A stretch of DNA of 61,189 nt, the filler included, from Candidatus Hydrogenedentota bacterium (GTDB taxonomy: Bacteria > JBFMHD01), in the NCBI GenBank assembly GCA_040752395.1. It is 5 parts of 5 records of this genome, joined end to end, with 100 filler letters (N's around TTAATTAATTAA, not from the genome) between each part and the next. Parts side by side here need not be neighbours in the genome. Positions count along the whole stretch, not along the records: positions 12,474 to 24,747 come from JBFMHD010000072.1; positions 24,848 to 36,925 come from JBFMHD010000073.1; 3 more parts are not named here. The stretch is one strand, 5' to 3'. A model generated the notes under the pieces. That model saw only the letters and a program-made list of their open reading frames with translations, did no database searches and was not told where the DNA came from. Positions 19,236-28,892 of the stretch are shown in pieces. Position 1 is the first letter of the stretch, and each line of letters opens with the position of its first letter. The position numbers were made by a program, and so were the translations under genes.

Positions 19236-20660
19236 ATGAAAAACAAAAAAGTACTCTTTTTAAACCCGCCGGGTAAAGAGATATATATTCGGGATTATTA
19301 TTGTTCCAAAGTCTCAAAAGCGTATTATTTACCACATCCTGTTGACCTCTTAATGCAAACAGGACATTTCGCTTCCAGAGGCTATGATATTAGTATTATT
19401 GATGCGATTGTGGATAGATTGAATGTTTCTATAACTATTAATAAAGTTAGAGAAATCAATCCTGATTTAATCATATCTCAATGCGGTTCCGTATCATTTA
19501 CTGAAGATAACTTGTTTTTTACTGAGATTAAAAAAATATTAAATGAAACAAAAATTTTATCATCAGGGGATCTGTTTTTAGAAGACCCGGGTTATTTTCT
19601 TGAAAATTATGCCTGGCTTGACGGCATAATAATAAACTGGTTTTGTGATGGCAGTCTAAATTATTTTGAGGGTAATTATGATATTGCAACTGGTCTGGTA
19701 TTTAAAAAGAACAATGAGATAAGAGCTATTAGTAAAAAGACCGAGGGAAAATATGTTTCAATACCAAGACCAAAACATGAATTATTCTTTAATAAAAAAT
19801 ACAGGTATGCTTATGTGACGCATTATCCAATGGCAACCGTATTAACGAATTATGGTTGCCCATTTCCCTGCTCGTTTTGTATTATGCCGAAACTCGGTTT
19901 TTTAGTAAGAAAACCCGAGGATGTTATAGATGAGATTAAATTTTTGAAAAACAATGGTATCAGATATATCTATTTTTCAGACCAGACTTTTTATGCTCAT
20001 CCACAGGCAACAGATGCGATACTTGATTTTATGATAGAAGAAAAGATAGATATAGAATGGTGTTGTTTTACAAGAGTTGATAGAGTTGACGAAAAGAGAC
20101 TGAAGAAAATGAAAAAAGCAGGGTGTAATGTTATTATGTTTGGAGTAGAATTTGCTGAAGATGAATTATTAAATAGATATAAAAAGAATTATAGTTTAGA
20201 ACAGGTCAGAGAAACATTCAGACTTGCTAAAGATATAGGTTTGAAAAGGATGGGGACGTTTCTTATAGGTCTGCCAGGTCAGACCGAAGAATCAATTAGA
20301 AAGACGCTGAATTTAGCTATCAAGCTCGAGGCTGATTATGCTTCTTTTAATGTCGCTGTTCCACGAGCTCAAACCTCATTCAGGGAAGAAGCGCTCTCTA
20401 AAAAACTGATCATGGGAAATGATAGAATTATGGATCAATCAGGGAGTTTTATAACTATGGGAACAGGTGTTCTTTCCGCAGAAGATATATACCGTCTTAA
20501 AAACGAAGCATATTGTAAATTTTATTTTAGATTAGATTATTTATTAAAGCGATTATTAAAGATAAGAACAATGGATGAATTCAAAACACATTTTATAGAG
20601 GCTTTTTATATATTAAAAGGGATATTAAGTAAAGAGAAAACGAAAGGAGCTACGAGATAA
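19236..20660 (+). CDS. B12-binding-domain radical SAM protein
   Basis: GCPFPCSFC (CxxxCxxC); N-terminal VLFLNPP domain; FLIGLPGQT. Confidence 0.9.
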   Translation: MKNKKVLFLNPPGKEIYIRDYYCSKVSKAYYLPHPVDLLMQTGHFASRGYDISIIDAIVDRLNVSITINKVREINPDLIISQCGSVSFTEDNLFFTEIKKILNETKILSSGDLFLEDPGYFLENYAWLDGIIINWFCDGSLNYFEGNYDIATGLVFKKNNEIRAISKKTEGKYVSIPRPKHELFFNKKYRYAYVTHYPMATVLTNYGCPFPCSFCIMPKLGFLVRKPEDVIDEIKFLKNNGIRYIYFSDQTFYAHPQATDAILDFMIEEKIDIEWCCFTRVDRVDEKRLKKMKKAGCNVIMFGVEFAEDELLNRYKKNYSLEQVRETFRLAKDIGLKRMGTFLIGLPGQTEESIRKTLNLAIKLEADYASFNVAVPRAQTSFREEALSKKLIMGNDRIMDQSGSFITMGTGVLSAEDIYRLKNEAYCKFYFRLDYLLKRLLKIRTMDEFKTHFIEAFYILKGILSKEKTKGATR

Positions 20661-21818
20661 ATGATTACACTCAATATGGCTCGATGGATAGATAGAAAAA
20701 TAGGTAGACCTATATGTTTTTTAATCTCTATATTAATAAAGTTTCGAAAAAGAAAGATACCAGATTTAAACAAAGTAAAAAAAATTTTAATAGTAAAGAT
20801 GTTTGGATTCGGCACGATTATTCTTGCAAGCCCGGTATTTAAAATAATTAAAGATAATTGCGCTGATGTTAAATTATATTTCTTAACGCTTTCGCAAAAT
20901 AAAAATTTGTATGACGGCAGCAGATATCTTGATGACATAATTTATTTCGATATCAGTTCAATAACCAGATGCATAACCTCATTTATTCGGATAGTCGCAT
21001 GGCTATGGAAAGAAAGATGTGATGTGGTATTTGATTTTGAGATAGCTTCAAGAGCTACTGCTATAATATCATTTTTGAGTTTTAAGAGTCTTACTGTTGG
21101 ATATGCGCCAGCCGGCAGTGGTAAGGATATTTTCGATGTAACGATACCTTATAATGAATCAATACATATAACACGTATTTTTTTAAGAAGCCTGGATGCG
21201 GTTGGCTTTAGAATAAAAAATATAAATCTTTTAGAACTACCTATAACTGATACGGAAAAAAATAATGTAAATAATTTTCTTTTTAAAAATAACATTACTG
21301 ATTTCATCGTATTCAATCCCAACACAAGCGAACTTGCCATGGAAAGAATGTGGCCACTTGAATATTTCGCTTCACTCGCTAAAAAAATATTAAACGAGTA
21401 TAATAATATAAAATTAATTTTGGTTGGTGCCAGAGAAGATAAAGAAAGGTGTGAGATTGTAAAAGATTTGATACGGGACGAAAATAAAGTTTTCCTGACC
21501 ACCGGTATATTCTCTATTCGGGAGACAGCGTTTCTTTTAAGTAAAGCAAAAGTATTTATAAGTAATGATTCGGGTCCGCTACATTTAGGTGTTTTAGCCG
21601 GGGTACCCACTATCGGCCTTTTTGGACCTGAAACGCCTGTTCTTTATGGACCACTCGGAGAAAAACACAAAACTATCTCTTCTGGCGAATTATGCAGCCC
21701 CTGTATTACGACATTTAAAGACAAAGTTGTTACGTGTAAGAAAAACGCTATCTGTATGAAAAAAATAACAGTTGAGCAGGTATTTGATGCGGTAAAAGAA
21801 AAAATTATATCAGGGTAA
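20661..21818 (+). CDS. Glycosyltransferase family 9 (heptosyltransferase-like)
   Basis: ERMWP.EYF, FISNDSGPLHLG, LFGPE, C-terminal Cys cluster. Confidence 0.9.
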   Translation: MITLNMARWIDRKIGRPICFLISILIKFRKRKIPDLNKVKKILIVKMFGFGTIILASPVFKIIKDNCADVKLYFLTLSQNKNLYDGSRYLDDIIYFDISSITRCITSFIRIVAWLWKERCDVVFDFEIASRATAIISFLSFKSLTVGYAPAGSGKDIFDVTIPYNESIHITRIFLRSLDAVGFRIKNINLLELPITDTEKNNVNNFLFKNNITDFIVFNPNTSELAMERMWPLEYFASLAKKILNEYNNIKLILVGAREDKERCEIVKDLIRDENKVFLTTGIFSIRETAFLLSKAKVFISNDSGPLHLGVLAGVPTIGLFGPETPVLYGPLGEKHKTISSGELCSPCITTFKDKVVTCKKNAICMKKITVEQVFDAVKEKIISG

Positions 21819-23531
21819 AATCCCGCTCCTTGAGACTAAAATATTGTGTAAAACTAAATAGTCGATATCTGTTCTTTCAAAACAGGATAATGCATCAGAT
21901 GGTGTATTGACTATGGGTTCTTCAGCATCATTGAATGAAGTATTTAATACCATAGGTACACCTGTTAGTTTTTTAAATTCTTCTATAAGTTTATAATATT
22001 TAGGATTATCTTGCTTATTTATTGTTTGAACCCTGCCTGTGCCATCAACATGGGTTATCGCAGGAACAATATCTGGTTTCTTGACCTTATACACAAGAAG
22101 CATAAAGGGTGATAGATGAACCCCATCAAAATATTCGCTCATATCTTCGGAAAGCACAGTTGGTGCAAACGGTCTGAAAGGCTCTCTATGTTTGACTTTA
22201 CGATTTATTATTTCTTTCATTTCTGCTTTACGCGGGTCAGCAAGGATCGAGCGATTACCAAGAGCCCGTGGTCCCCACTCCATTCTACCCTGAAACCAAC
22301 CCACAATATTACCTGTGGCTATAAGTTTTGCCACTATCTCTTCAATGTTATTATATTCTTTCCATTTGTATTGAGATTGAGAGACAGCATCTTTACATTC
22401 AATATCTGAGTAAGAGGGTCCGAGATAAGCATCTTGCAAGATAAAGTTTCTTGGGTAATTAAAGATAGTATTGTAGAGATAGAAAGCGCCGCCGACTGAG
22501 GCGCCTGCATCGTGTGCAGCTGGATGTATATGTATATCTTCAAATATGCCTGATTGAAGAACCCTTGAATTCGCAACGCAGTTTAATGCGACACCACCAG
22601 CTAAACACAGATATTTTTTCCCGGTTTTAGTTTTAAGATATCTTGCCATCTCAAGGATAATCTCCTCTGTCCTTTTTTGCGCTGCATAAGCGATTAGCAT
22701 ATGTCTTGTGGTAATCTCATCATCCTTTTTTCGTGCAGGTCCGAGTATCTCTTCCATTGATTCTGAATACCATTTTGCTTCACCTCGGTGGTGTGTAAAC
22801 ATCTTTAAATCGAGCTCAAATCTTCCATCACCATACCATCTCACAAATTTTTTGAAAAATTCAATATAAGGGTTATCTTTATTCTCGCCGTATGAAGCAA
22901 GGCCCATTACCTTATATTCATCGCTGTTTGGTTTAAAACCAAGAAATTGAGTCATAGTGCCGTAGAGATTACCAAGTGAATGCGGGTAACCAATCTCTTT
23001 GATAACCTTTATCCTTGTTTCTTCACCAACACCGTATAATGTCGAAGACCATTCACCAGCAAAATCTATTGATAATATAGCTGCCTCATCAAACCCTGAG
23101 ATTAAAAAAGTACTCGCAGCATGACACAGATGATGCGGGATATAATGAAATCTGTTTTTAAAATTGTATCTCTTTATAAAGTCACGCTTCATTGTGTATT
23201 GTTTCCACCACGAGACAATGCTCCCGCCTCTTACAGCCTGACCCGCACTTCTACCTGAAAAATATGTTTTTGCAGTTGTGATGTTTTTTAAGATAATAAT
23301 AGCCCGATGGTGTAATCCAAGAAAAGGCTGCCAGTAAAAAACTACCTCATCAACATCATTGATAGAAGCTTTTGCTTCTTTAAGACAATAATTTATAGCC
23401 TCTTTTGGGAACCCACCGTAATGTTTTATCCGATTGAATCTTTCTTCTTCAGTTGCAGCTATGAGTTTACCATCTTTTATAATTGCGGCAGATGAATTAT
23501 GAATGTTACAATTAAAACCAAGTATAAGCAT
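21810..23531 (-). CDS. Carbamoyltransferase (NodU/CmcH family)
   Basis: EEERFNRIKH, HHLCHAAS, EYKVMGLA, GGVALN, GPRALGNRS, LNTSFN. Confidence 0.94.
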   Translation of the reverse strand: MLILGFNCNIHNSSAAIIKDGKLIAATEEERFNRIKHYGGFPKEAINYCLKEAKASINDVDEVVFYWQPFLGLHHRAIIILKNITTAKTYFSGRSAGQAVRGGSIVSWWKQYTMKRDFIKRYNFKNRFHYIPHHLCHAASTFLISGFDEAAILSIDFAGEWSSTLYGVGEETRIKVIKEIGYPHSLGNLYGTMTQFLGFKPNSDEYKVMGLASYGENKDNPYIEFFKKFVRWYGDGRFELDLKMFTHHRGEAKWYSESMEEILGPARKKDDEITTRHMLIAYAAQKRTEEIILEMARYLKTKTGKKYLCLAGGVALNCVANSRVLQSGIFEDIHIHPAAHDAGASVGGAFYLYNTIFNYPRNFILQDAYLGPSYSDIECKDAVSQSQYKWKEYNNIEEIVAKLIATGNIVGWFQGRMEWGPRALGNRSILADPRKAEMKEIINRKVKHREPFRPFAPTVLSEDMSEYFDGVHLSPFMLLVYKVKKPDIVPAITHVDGTGRVQTINKQDNPKYYKLIEEFKKLTGVPMVLNTSFNDAEEPIVNTPSDALSCFERTDIDYLVLHNILVSRSGILP

Positions 23532-23599
23532 CTAACAACCCCTTTATTCACCCCCAAAATTATATTGCCAGCTAACACATTGTCAAATAGTATTCCCTT

Positions 23600-23640
23600 A
23601 GAACCTGTGAAAAGATTGTAGTGAGCACCTTCAGGTGCGT
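23600..23640 (+). repeat. GTAG REP-like hairpin element, copy 1 of 2
   Basis: GAACCTGTGAAAAGATT-GTAGTGA-GCACCT-TC-AGGTGC; homolog at 46493-46533 on the minus strand. Confidence 0.7.
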
Positions 23641-23663
23641 TTTTAAGAAGTGGATTACAAATT

Positions 23664-24224
23664 TTATTTTGAGACTGTTTCTGCTCTCTTTAGCTCTTCC
23701 TCTAATTCTTTAATCCTCTCTCTGCCTTTGATCTCTTTACCCACATTGCCTAAATATAAAGCAAAAAATGATAATAAACACATCCGTATCAGTAAATTAC
23801 CTATGGCTTCATAAGTATATTCATGAATCATTAAAAAGGTTATATAATAAATAGCAAATACAACTACCGCAAATAAACCACCCTTTGCTTCATATAATAT
23901 CGAAAGACTAATCACCGGGAAAAATAACAACATAAAAAATGGGCTATCTAATTCACCTGAGTATGTTATAAGTAATAATATAAAGATTATATCAATTAAA
24001 CAGATGATAAATCCAAGAAGCTTTATTCTAATCCGATCAAGTGGTAAAATGAGTAATAGTATCCCATAAACTGAGACAATAATACCAAGTGTTTCAAGAC
24101 TAATAATATTTTTCTCGGGTTGAAACTGGATAAGCACAATTACACAAAGAATCATTATAGCTCTTGCAGTGTTAATCATGGTTATTAAATAATTTTTGGA
24201 TTGTTTTTTAATTTGTTCTGGCAT
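23664..24224 (-). CDS. Multi-pass membrane hypothetical protein (sensor-type TM domain)
   Basis: About 5-6 hydrophobic segments, SGELDSPF motif, coiled-coil tail. Confidence 0.7.
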   Translation of the reverse strand: MPEQIKKQSKNYLITMINTARAIMILCVIVLIQFQPEKNIISLETLGIIVSVYGILLLILPLDRIRIKLLGFIICLIDIIFILLLITYSGELDSPFFMLLFFPVISLSILYEAKGGLFAVVVFAIYYITFLMIHEYTYEAIGNLLIRMCLLSFFALYLGNVGKEIKGRERIKELEEELKRAETVSK

Positions 24225-24339
24225 AAATAGTTCCTCACATAAAAAGGTTAAAAGTTAAAAGTTAAGAAAAACATCTTGTTTTTTTGTTTTGTGTAGCAAC
24301 GTAACATACCAGTATGGCGACTTCTATAAAAAAGTCAAT

Positions 24340-24376
24340 AAAAAAAGTGGGCACTGCGCCTCTTAACGCAGTGCCC
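24340..24376 (-). terminator. Rho-independent terminator
   Basis: GGGCACTGCG/CGCAGTGCCC 10-bp stem followed by a T-run on the minus strand. Confidence 0.75.
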
Positions 24377-24518
24377 TTACGTACTTCTCGCTTCTTCTAA
24401 CCTCTTTCTCTTTTTTTTTACTTCTTGCCCTTCTTCCTTTGCTCTTTTATTACACCTTTAAACTTTTTTTAATAACTCCTGAAATTTTAATTTTTCAGAG
24501 ATTTTAAACCTTTAAAAA

Positions 24519-24747
24519 TTATTCCTCTTCGTTACTACTCTCTTCCTCTCCACCTTGTTCTTCACCACCCTGGTCTTCAGCTGGCTGTTCTTCCTTAGCG
24601 GGTTGCTCCTCTTCTGCTGGCTGTTCCTCTTCAGAAGGTTCCTCTCCTGCCTCTTCCTCAGCCACCTGCTCTTCTTCAGTAGTTTCCTCTTCACCTGCTT
24701 CTTCAACACCTTCTTCTTCACCCGCAGGTTCTTCAGTTGCTTCTTCT
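24519..24747 (-). CDS. Glu-rich C-terminal tail of a protein cut by the contig end
   Basis: Own translation EEATEEPAGEEEGVEE...QGGEEESSNEEE*; the ORF track shows only the other frames. Confidence 0.7.
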
Positions 24748-24847
24748 NNNNNNNNNNNNNNNNNNNNNNNNNNNNNNNNNNNNNNNNNNNNTTAATTAAT
24801 TAANNNNNNNNNNNNNNNNNNNNNNNNNNNNNNNNNNNNNNNNNNNN
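24748..24847. other. Artificial contig linker
   Basis: N-run/TTAATTAATTAA/N-run. Confidence 0.98.
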
Positions 24848-24945
24848 AAAATATTGAAAAAATTATTATAACAGAAGAGGTAATCACGGCTAATAAAAAA
24901 CCATTATATACTTTTGTAGCCAAAAAACAAGTTGAATCAGCATAG
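24848..24945 (+). CDS. clpX: 3' end of probable ClpX ATPase
   Basis: Own translation NIEKIIITEEVITANKKPLYTFVAKKQVESA* resembles the ClpX C-terminus; only about 31 codons visible. Confidence 0.55.
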
Positions 24946-25212
24946 GTCTCCTCTGAAAAACGCTGTAACTCTAATAATTCGGGCTACAGGCTACGGGCTA
25001 CGGACTACAGCCGGCTGGAGCCAAAAGCCCGGAGCCTGAAGCCAACATATCATCTTTAGTTTTTCATATATTGTGTAGAGCGCAAACGCGCTCATGTTGA
25101 CTCCTTCGAAAAACATTGTAACTATAATAATATCAAGTAGAAGCAAGAGGCAAGAAGCAAGGTAATGGAAAACTGTTGTAGGACAGGAAAGAACTTTGTG
25201 CCTTTGTGCCTC
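24946..25212 (-). repeat. Tandem double unit of the modular intergenic repeat (cores 24948-24978 and 25101-25136)
   Basis: Core-GAAGGAG runs directly into TCAACATGAGCGC hairpin, GGCT heptamer module and a second core that abuts the clpX stop. Confidence 0.92.
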
Positions 25213-25335
25213 AAAACGTAGATGGTCTAACATTAGCAAACTCCACCGAAAACTGAGGGAATACTATTATCAAATGTTTTTTCTTGATTAAATATTTAGT
25301 ATCGAGATAATAGAAATAAAAGGAGAGTAGTCTTT

Positions 25336-26568
25336 ATGTTTCAGATTGAAAAAGATGTTAATAAACAGATTGAGATAATAAGTAGAACAACAGAAGAGAT
25401 AATACCAAAAGAAGAGTTACAGAAAAAGATTGAAAGCTCTATTAAGACTAATACGCCGCTTCGGGTAAAGTTAGGAGCTGACCCAACAGCACCTGATTTA
25501 CATCTTGGACATTACATCGTACTTAGAAAGTTACGTGATTTTCAGGAACTGGGTCATAAGGTTATATTTATTATAGGTGATTTTACTGCGATGATTGGTG
25601 ACCCAAGTGGCAGGACCAGTACCAGACCACCGCTTTCAAAAGAAGAGATAGAAATAAATGCAGAAACCTACAAGAAGCAATTGTTTAAAGTTCTTATAAA
25701 AGACCAGACAGAAGTGGTTTATAATTCACAATGGTTGTCTAAACTCTCGCTTATAGATACGATTAAACTCCAAGCCCAATACACTGTGGCACGGATGCTT
25801 GAGCGGGATGATTTCAATAAACGATATAAAGAAAAAGTCCCTATCTCTATACATGAATTTTTATATCCACTGCTTCAGGCATGGGATTCTGTTGTAATAA
25901 GAGCTGATGTTGAGATAGGCGGTACTGACCAAAAATTTAATCTTCTTGTTGGAAGAGACCTACAGATAAAAAATAATCAATCCCCACAGATAATACTTAC
26001 TATGCCTTTACTTGTAGGTACGGATGGTGAGAAAAAGATGTCCAAATCACTGGGGAATTATATCGCGTTTAATGATACCGCCGAGGACATCTATGGAAAA
26101 GTGATGTCAATCTCAGATACTTTGATGTGGGAATACTATAAACTGATAAAAATGAAGCCAGAATCTGAATTAAAAGAATTAAAAGAAAAAGTGAAAAAAG
26201 AGATACTTCACCCCAAAAAATTAAAAAATGAGCTTGCTTTTTTTATAACAGCTTTTTTTTATAATGAAACCGAGACTATGAAAGCATCTCGTAATTTTGA
26301 AAAGGTCTTCTCTAAACGTGAAAACCCTGATGAAATACAAGAATTTTCTATAATTGATAAAAATCAGTCTATAATAGCTGTTCTAAAAGACTCATGTCTT
26401 GTTCCTTCAAATTCCGAGGCAAGGAGACTATTAAAATCTAATGCGGTAGAATTAAACAGCGAAACTATAAGAGATAATAGTATAATTGAATGGAAAGACG
26501 GTGATATACTTAAGATAGGCAAACGTCGATTTATTAAGATACGGATAATGGGAACCACGCAGTTATAG
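25336..26568 (+). CDS. tyrS: Tyrosine--tRNA ligase
   Basis: DPTAPDLHLGH, GGTDQKFN, KMSKS, S4-like C-terminus. Confidence 0.96.
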   Translation: MFQIEKDVNKQIEIISRTTEEIIPKEELQKKIESSIKTNTPLRVKLGADPTAPDLHLGHYIVLRKLRDFQELGHKVIFIIGDFTAMIGDPSGRTSTRPPLSKEEIEINAETYKKQLFKVLIKDQTEVVYNSQWLSKLSLIDTIKLQAQYTVARMLERDDFNKRYKEKVPISIHEFLYPLLQAWDSVVIRADVEIGGTDQKFNLLVGRDLQIKNNQSPQIILTMPLLVGTDGEKKMSKSLGNYIAFNDTAEDIYGKVMSISDTLMWEYYKLIKMKPESELKELKEKVKKEILHPKKLKNELAFFITAFFYNETETMKASRNFEKVFSKRENPDEIQEFSIIDKNQSIIAVLKDSCLVPSNSEARRLLKSNAVELNSETIRDNSIIEWKDGDILKIGKRRFIKIRIMGTTQL

Positions 26569-26646
26569 GTAGATAAAAAGTAAAAAGTGAGAGAACGAAA
26601 AAACAATTGGTGTGCGGTGCAAGAGAAAGGAAGCAAGAGTATCGGA

Positions 26647-27327
26647 ATGAATAAAAGTGTGTTTGATAGCATAGCAGAAGAATATAATGAACAACGAGAG
26701 AAAATGGACAGAGGTGAGAGATATTGTTTTGAGATAATTAAAGATTATTTATATTTTTATGGTATTAAGCCATACTCCGGGGTTGATTTAGGTATAGGCA
26801 GCGGATATTTTATGAGGATGTTTCTTAGGGAATATGTTAATTTAAAGATAGTGGGAGTGGATATATCGAATCCTATGCTTTGTGAGGCAAGGAATTATTT
26901 AAGTGAATTTATTAATAGAGTTCATCTGGTTTGTGGCGATATAAGAAGAATGAATTTTAAGAATGAAAAATTTGATATTGTAATCTCTTCGCTTACAATA
27001 CATCATCTCAATGATAGAGATAAAAAGAAAGTAATAAAGGTTGTTAAAAAGATACTTAAAAAAGGGGGTCTCTGCATAATCTGGGATAAATTTACAACAA
27101 GTAATAAAATTGATTCATTATATCATTCTATATGGAAAAAAAGAATGATGGGACAAGGCATAACAGCTGAAGAGATTATAAAGATTGAAAAAAGAAGAAG
27201 GTATGATAAACTAATTTGTTTAAACAGATTTATTCGAATGCTTGAGCGGAGCGGATTTGTACGAGTTAACACCCCGTATAAAGATTTAGGGATGAGTTTA
27301 ATTATTGGAGAACGAGGAATTATATGA
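26647..27327 (+). CDS. Class I SAM-dependent methyltransferase
   Basis: DLGIGSG, GVDIS..ML, FDIVISSLTIHHL, LKKGG. Confidence 0.85.
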   Translation: MNKSVFDSIAEEYNEQREKMDRGERYCFEIIKDYLYFYGIKPYSGVDLGIGSGYFMRMFLREYVNLKIVGVDISNPMLCEARNYLSEFINRVHLVCGDIRRMNFKNEKFDIVISSLTIHHLNDRDKKKVIKVVKKILKKGGLCIIWDKFTTSNKIDSLYHSIWKKRMMGQGITAEEIIKIEKRRRYDKLICLNRFIRMLERSGFVRVNTPYKDLGMSLIIGERGII

Positions 27328-27357
27328 AGAGTTAGACGAAATTCTTTTGAATGTCGA

Positions 27358-27475
27358 GAGGAGTCAACATGAGCGCGGTTTGCGCTCTACACAAAGGATG
27401 AAAAACCAGATGTTTGTTTATCTTGCCTCTTGCTTCTACTTGATATCATTAGAGTTACAATGTTTTTCAGAGGAG
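27358..27475 (+). repeat. Modular intergenic repeat; core 27440-27475 ends in RBS
   Basis: Starts and ends with GAGGAG; hairpin GAGCGC-GGTTT-GCGCTC-TAC; ATG 7 nt after the core. Confidence 0.92.
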
Positions 27476-27482
27476 AGATATA

Positions 27483-28892
27483 ATGTTTAATTATGACAGG
27501 GATGAGATTTATATAAGAGATAAAAAACATTTGCTATTCATCCTCTTATTAACAGCCTTATTTCTTGTTGTGATGTTTTTTTTAAAAAACAGATTGATGA
27601 TAGGCTGGTTAAGTGTAATTATTTTATGTTTAATATCTTTTACCTTAAATCTCTTTGTTATATCAAGCGTTGCTATTTTGAATCTTATAGTAACATTAAT
27701 AAACTTAAAAGGAATTGATTTAAAAAATATCAGTCTTTTAATTATAGCTGAAGGATTATTATTTTTCTTTGTTATCAAGATTATCAATTCATTAAAAGAA
27801 GAACACAAAAAAATATACCTCTCATCCCTTGATAATGAGGCTGATATTAATGAGATAAAGGATAGTATAAAAACAAAAGAGAGGAAAGTTGAGGCATTGA
27901 AATTACATATAAAAAGACATAAAAGTATTAAGAACCTTGCTGAAAAATGGATTAAAATTAAAAATTTTGATGACTTTTTAAGGAGCCTGGTTAGCAACAT
28001 TCAAAATTTTATCGGGTGTGACAGAGTTATATTACAACTAAAGGATAAGGAAGGTAAAATCCAAAGGACCGAGTGTTATCCCGATACTATGGGGGAACCA
28101 TTGTTTGATATATATAATGAATGGGTACGGAACAGGAATGAAAACCTTATTGTAAAAGATACTTATAAAGACGTCAGATTTAAAAAAGATGAGAGTATCA
28201 AAAGAGAGATTGGTAGTTTAATAATATGTCAGATAAATCTTAAGGAAGAGTCATTTGGGTATCTGAGGCTTGAATCAACAACTCGTGACTCCATTAGCGT
28301 ATACACCTTAAGACTTGCAGATGCGCTCTCCGAGTTACTTGCTGTTCTTATAAAAAGAAACAATTTAATAGCCGAGGTGGAGAAACTTGCAAGAGTTGAT
28401 GGTTTAACCGGATTATTTAAGAGATGGTATTTTGATATAAGGTTTGAAAAAGAGTATCTTATGGCTAAAAGATATAATTACAGGTTCGGGTTAATAATTT
28501 GTGACATCGACCATTTTAAAAGAATAAACGATACTTATGGTCATTCAGTTGGTGATATTATTCTTTCCAGATGTGCTGATATATTTAAAAATGTAGTAGA
28601 GCCTTATGGCATACATTGCCGGTTTGGTGGTGAGGAGTTTCTCGGATTATTAAGAAGATGTGATAGACCAGAGACGAAAAAGATTGCTGAAGAATTAAGG
28701 ACCCGGATTCTGGATATGGATAACATAGAGTTTAAAAATAGTGAAAAAGTCTCGGTCAGTGTTGGCTTTTCTGTTTTTCCTGATGATTCGATAGATGGAG
28801 AAAAACTTTTTCAGATCGCTGATGAAGCTTTGTACAAAGCTAAAAAACAAGGAAGGAACAGGTGTTTTGGTGGTGAGGATCTGATTAAATGA
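27483..28892 (+). CDS. Membrane GAF-GGDEF diguanylate cyclase
   Basis: TM helices, coiled coil, GAF-like region, DIDHFKRINDTYGH, RFGGEEF. Confidence 0.92.
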   Translation: MFNYDRDEIYIRDKKHLLFILLLTALFLVVMFFLKNRLMIGWLSVIILCLISFTLNLFVISSVAILNLIVTLINLKGIDLKNISLLIIAEGLLFFFVIKIINSLKEEHKKIYLSSLDNEADINEIKDSIKTKERKVEALKLHIKRHKSIKNLAEKWIKIKNFDDFLRSLVSNIQNFIGCDRVILQLKDKEGKIQRTECYPDTMGEPLFDIYNEWVRNRNENLIVKDTYKDVRFKKDESIKREIGSLIICQINLKEESFGYLRLESTTRDSISVYTLRLADALSELLAVLIKRNNLIAEVEKLARVDGLTGLFKRWYFDIRFEKEYLMAKRYNYRFGLIICDIDHFKRINDTYGHSVGDIILSRCADIFKNVVEPYGIHCRFGGEEFLGLLRRCDRPETKKIAEELRTRILDMDNIEFKNSEKVSVSVGFSVFPDDSIDGEKLFQIADEALYKAKKQGRNRCFGGEDLIK

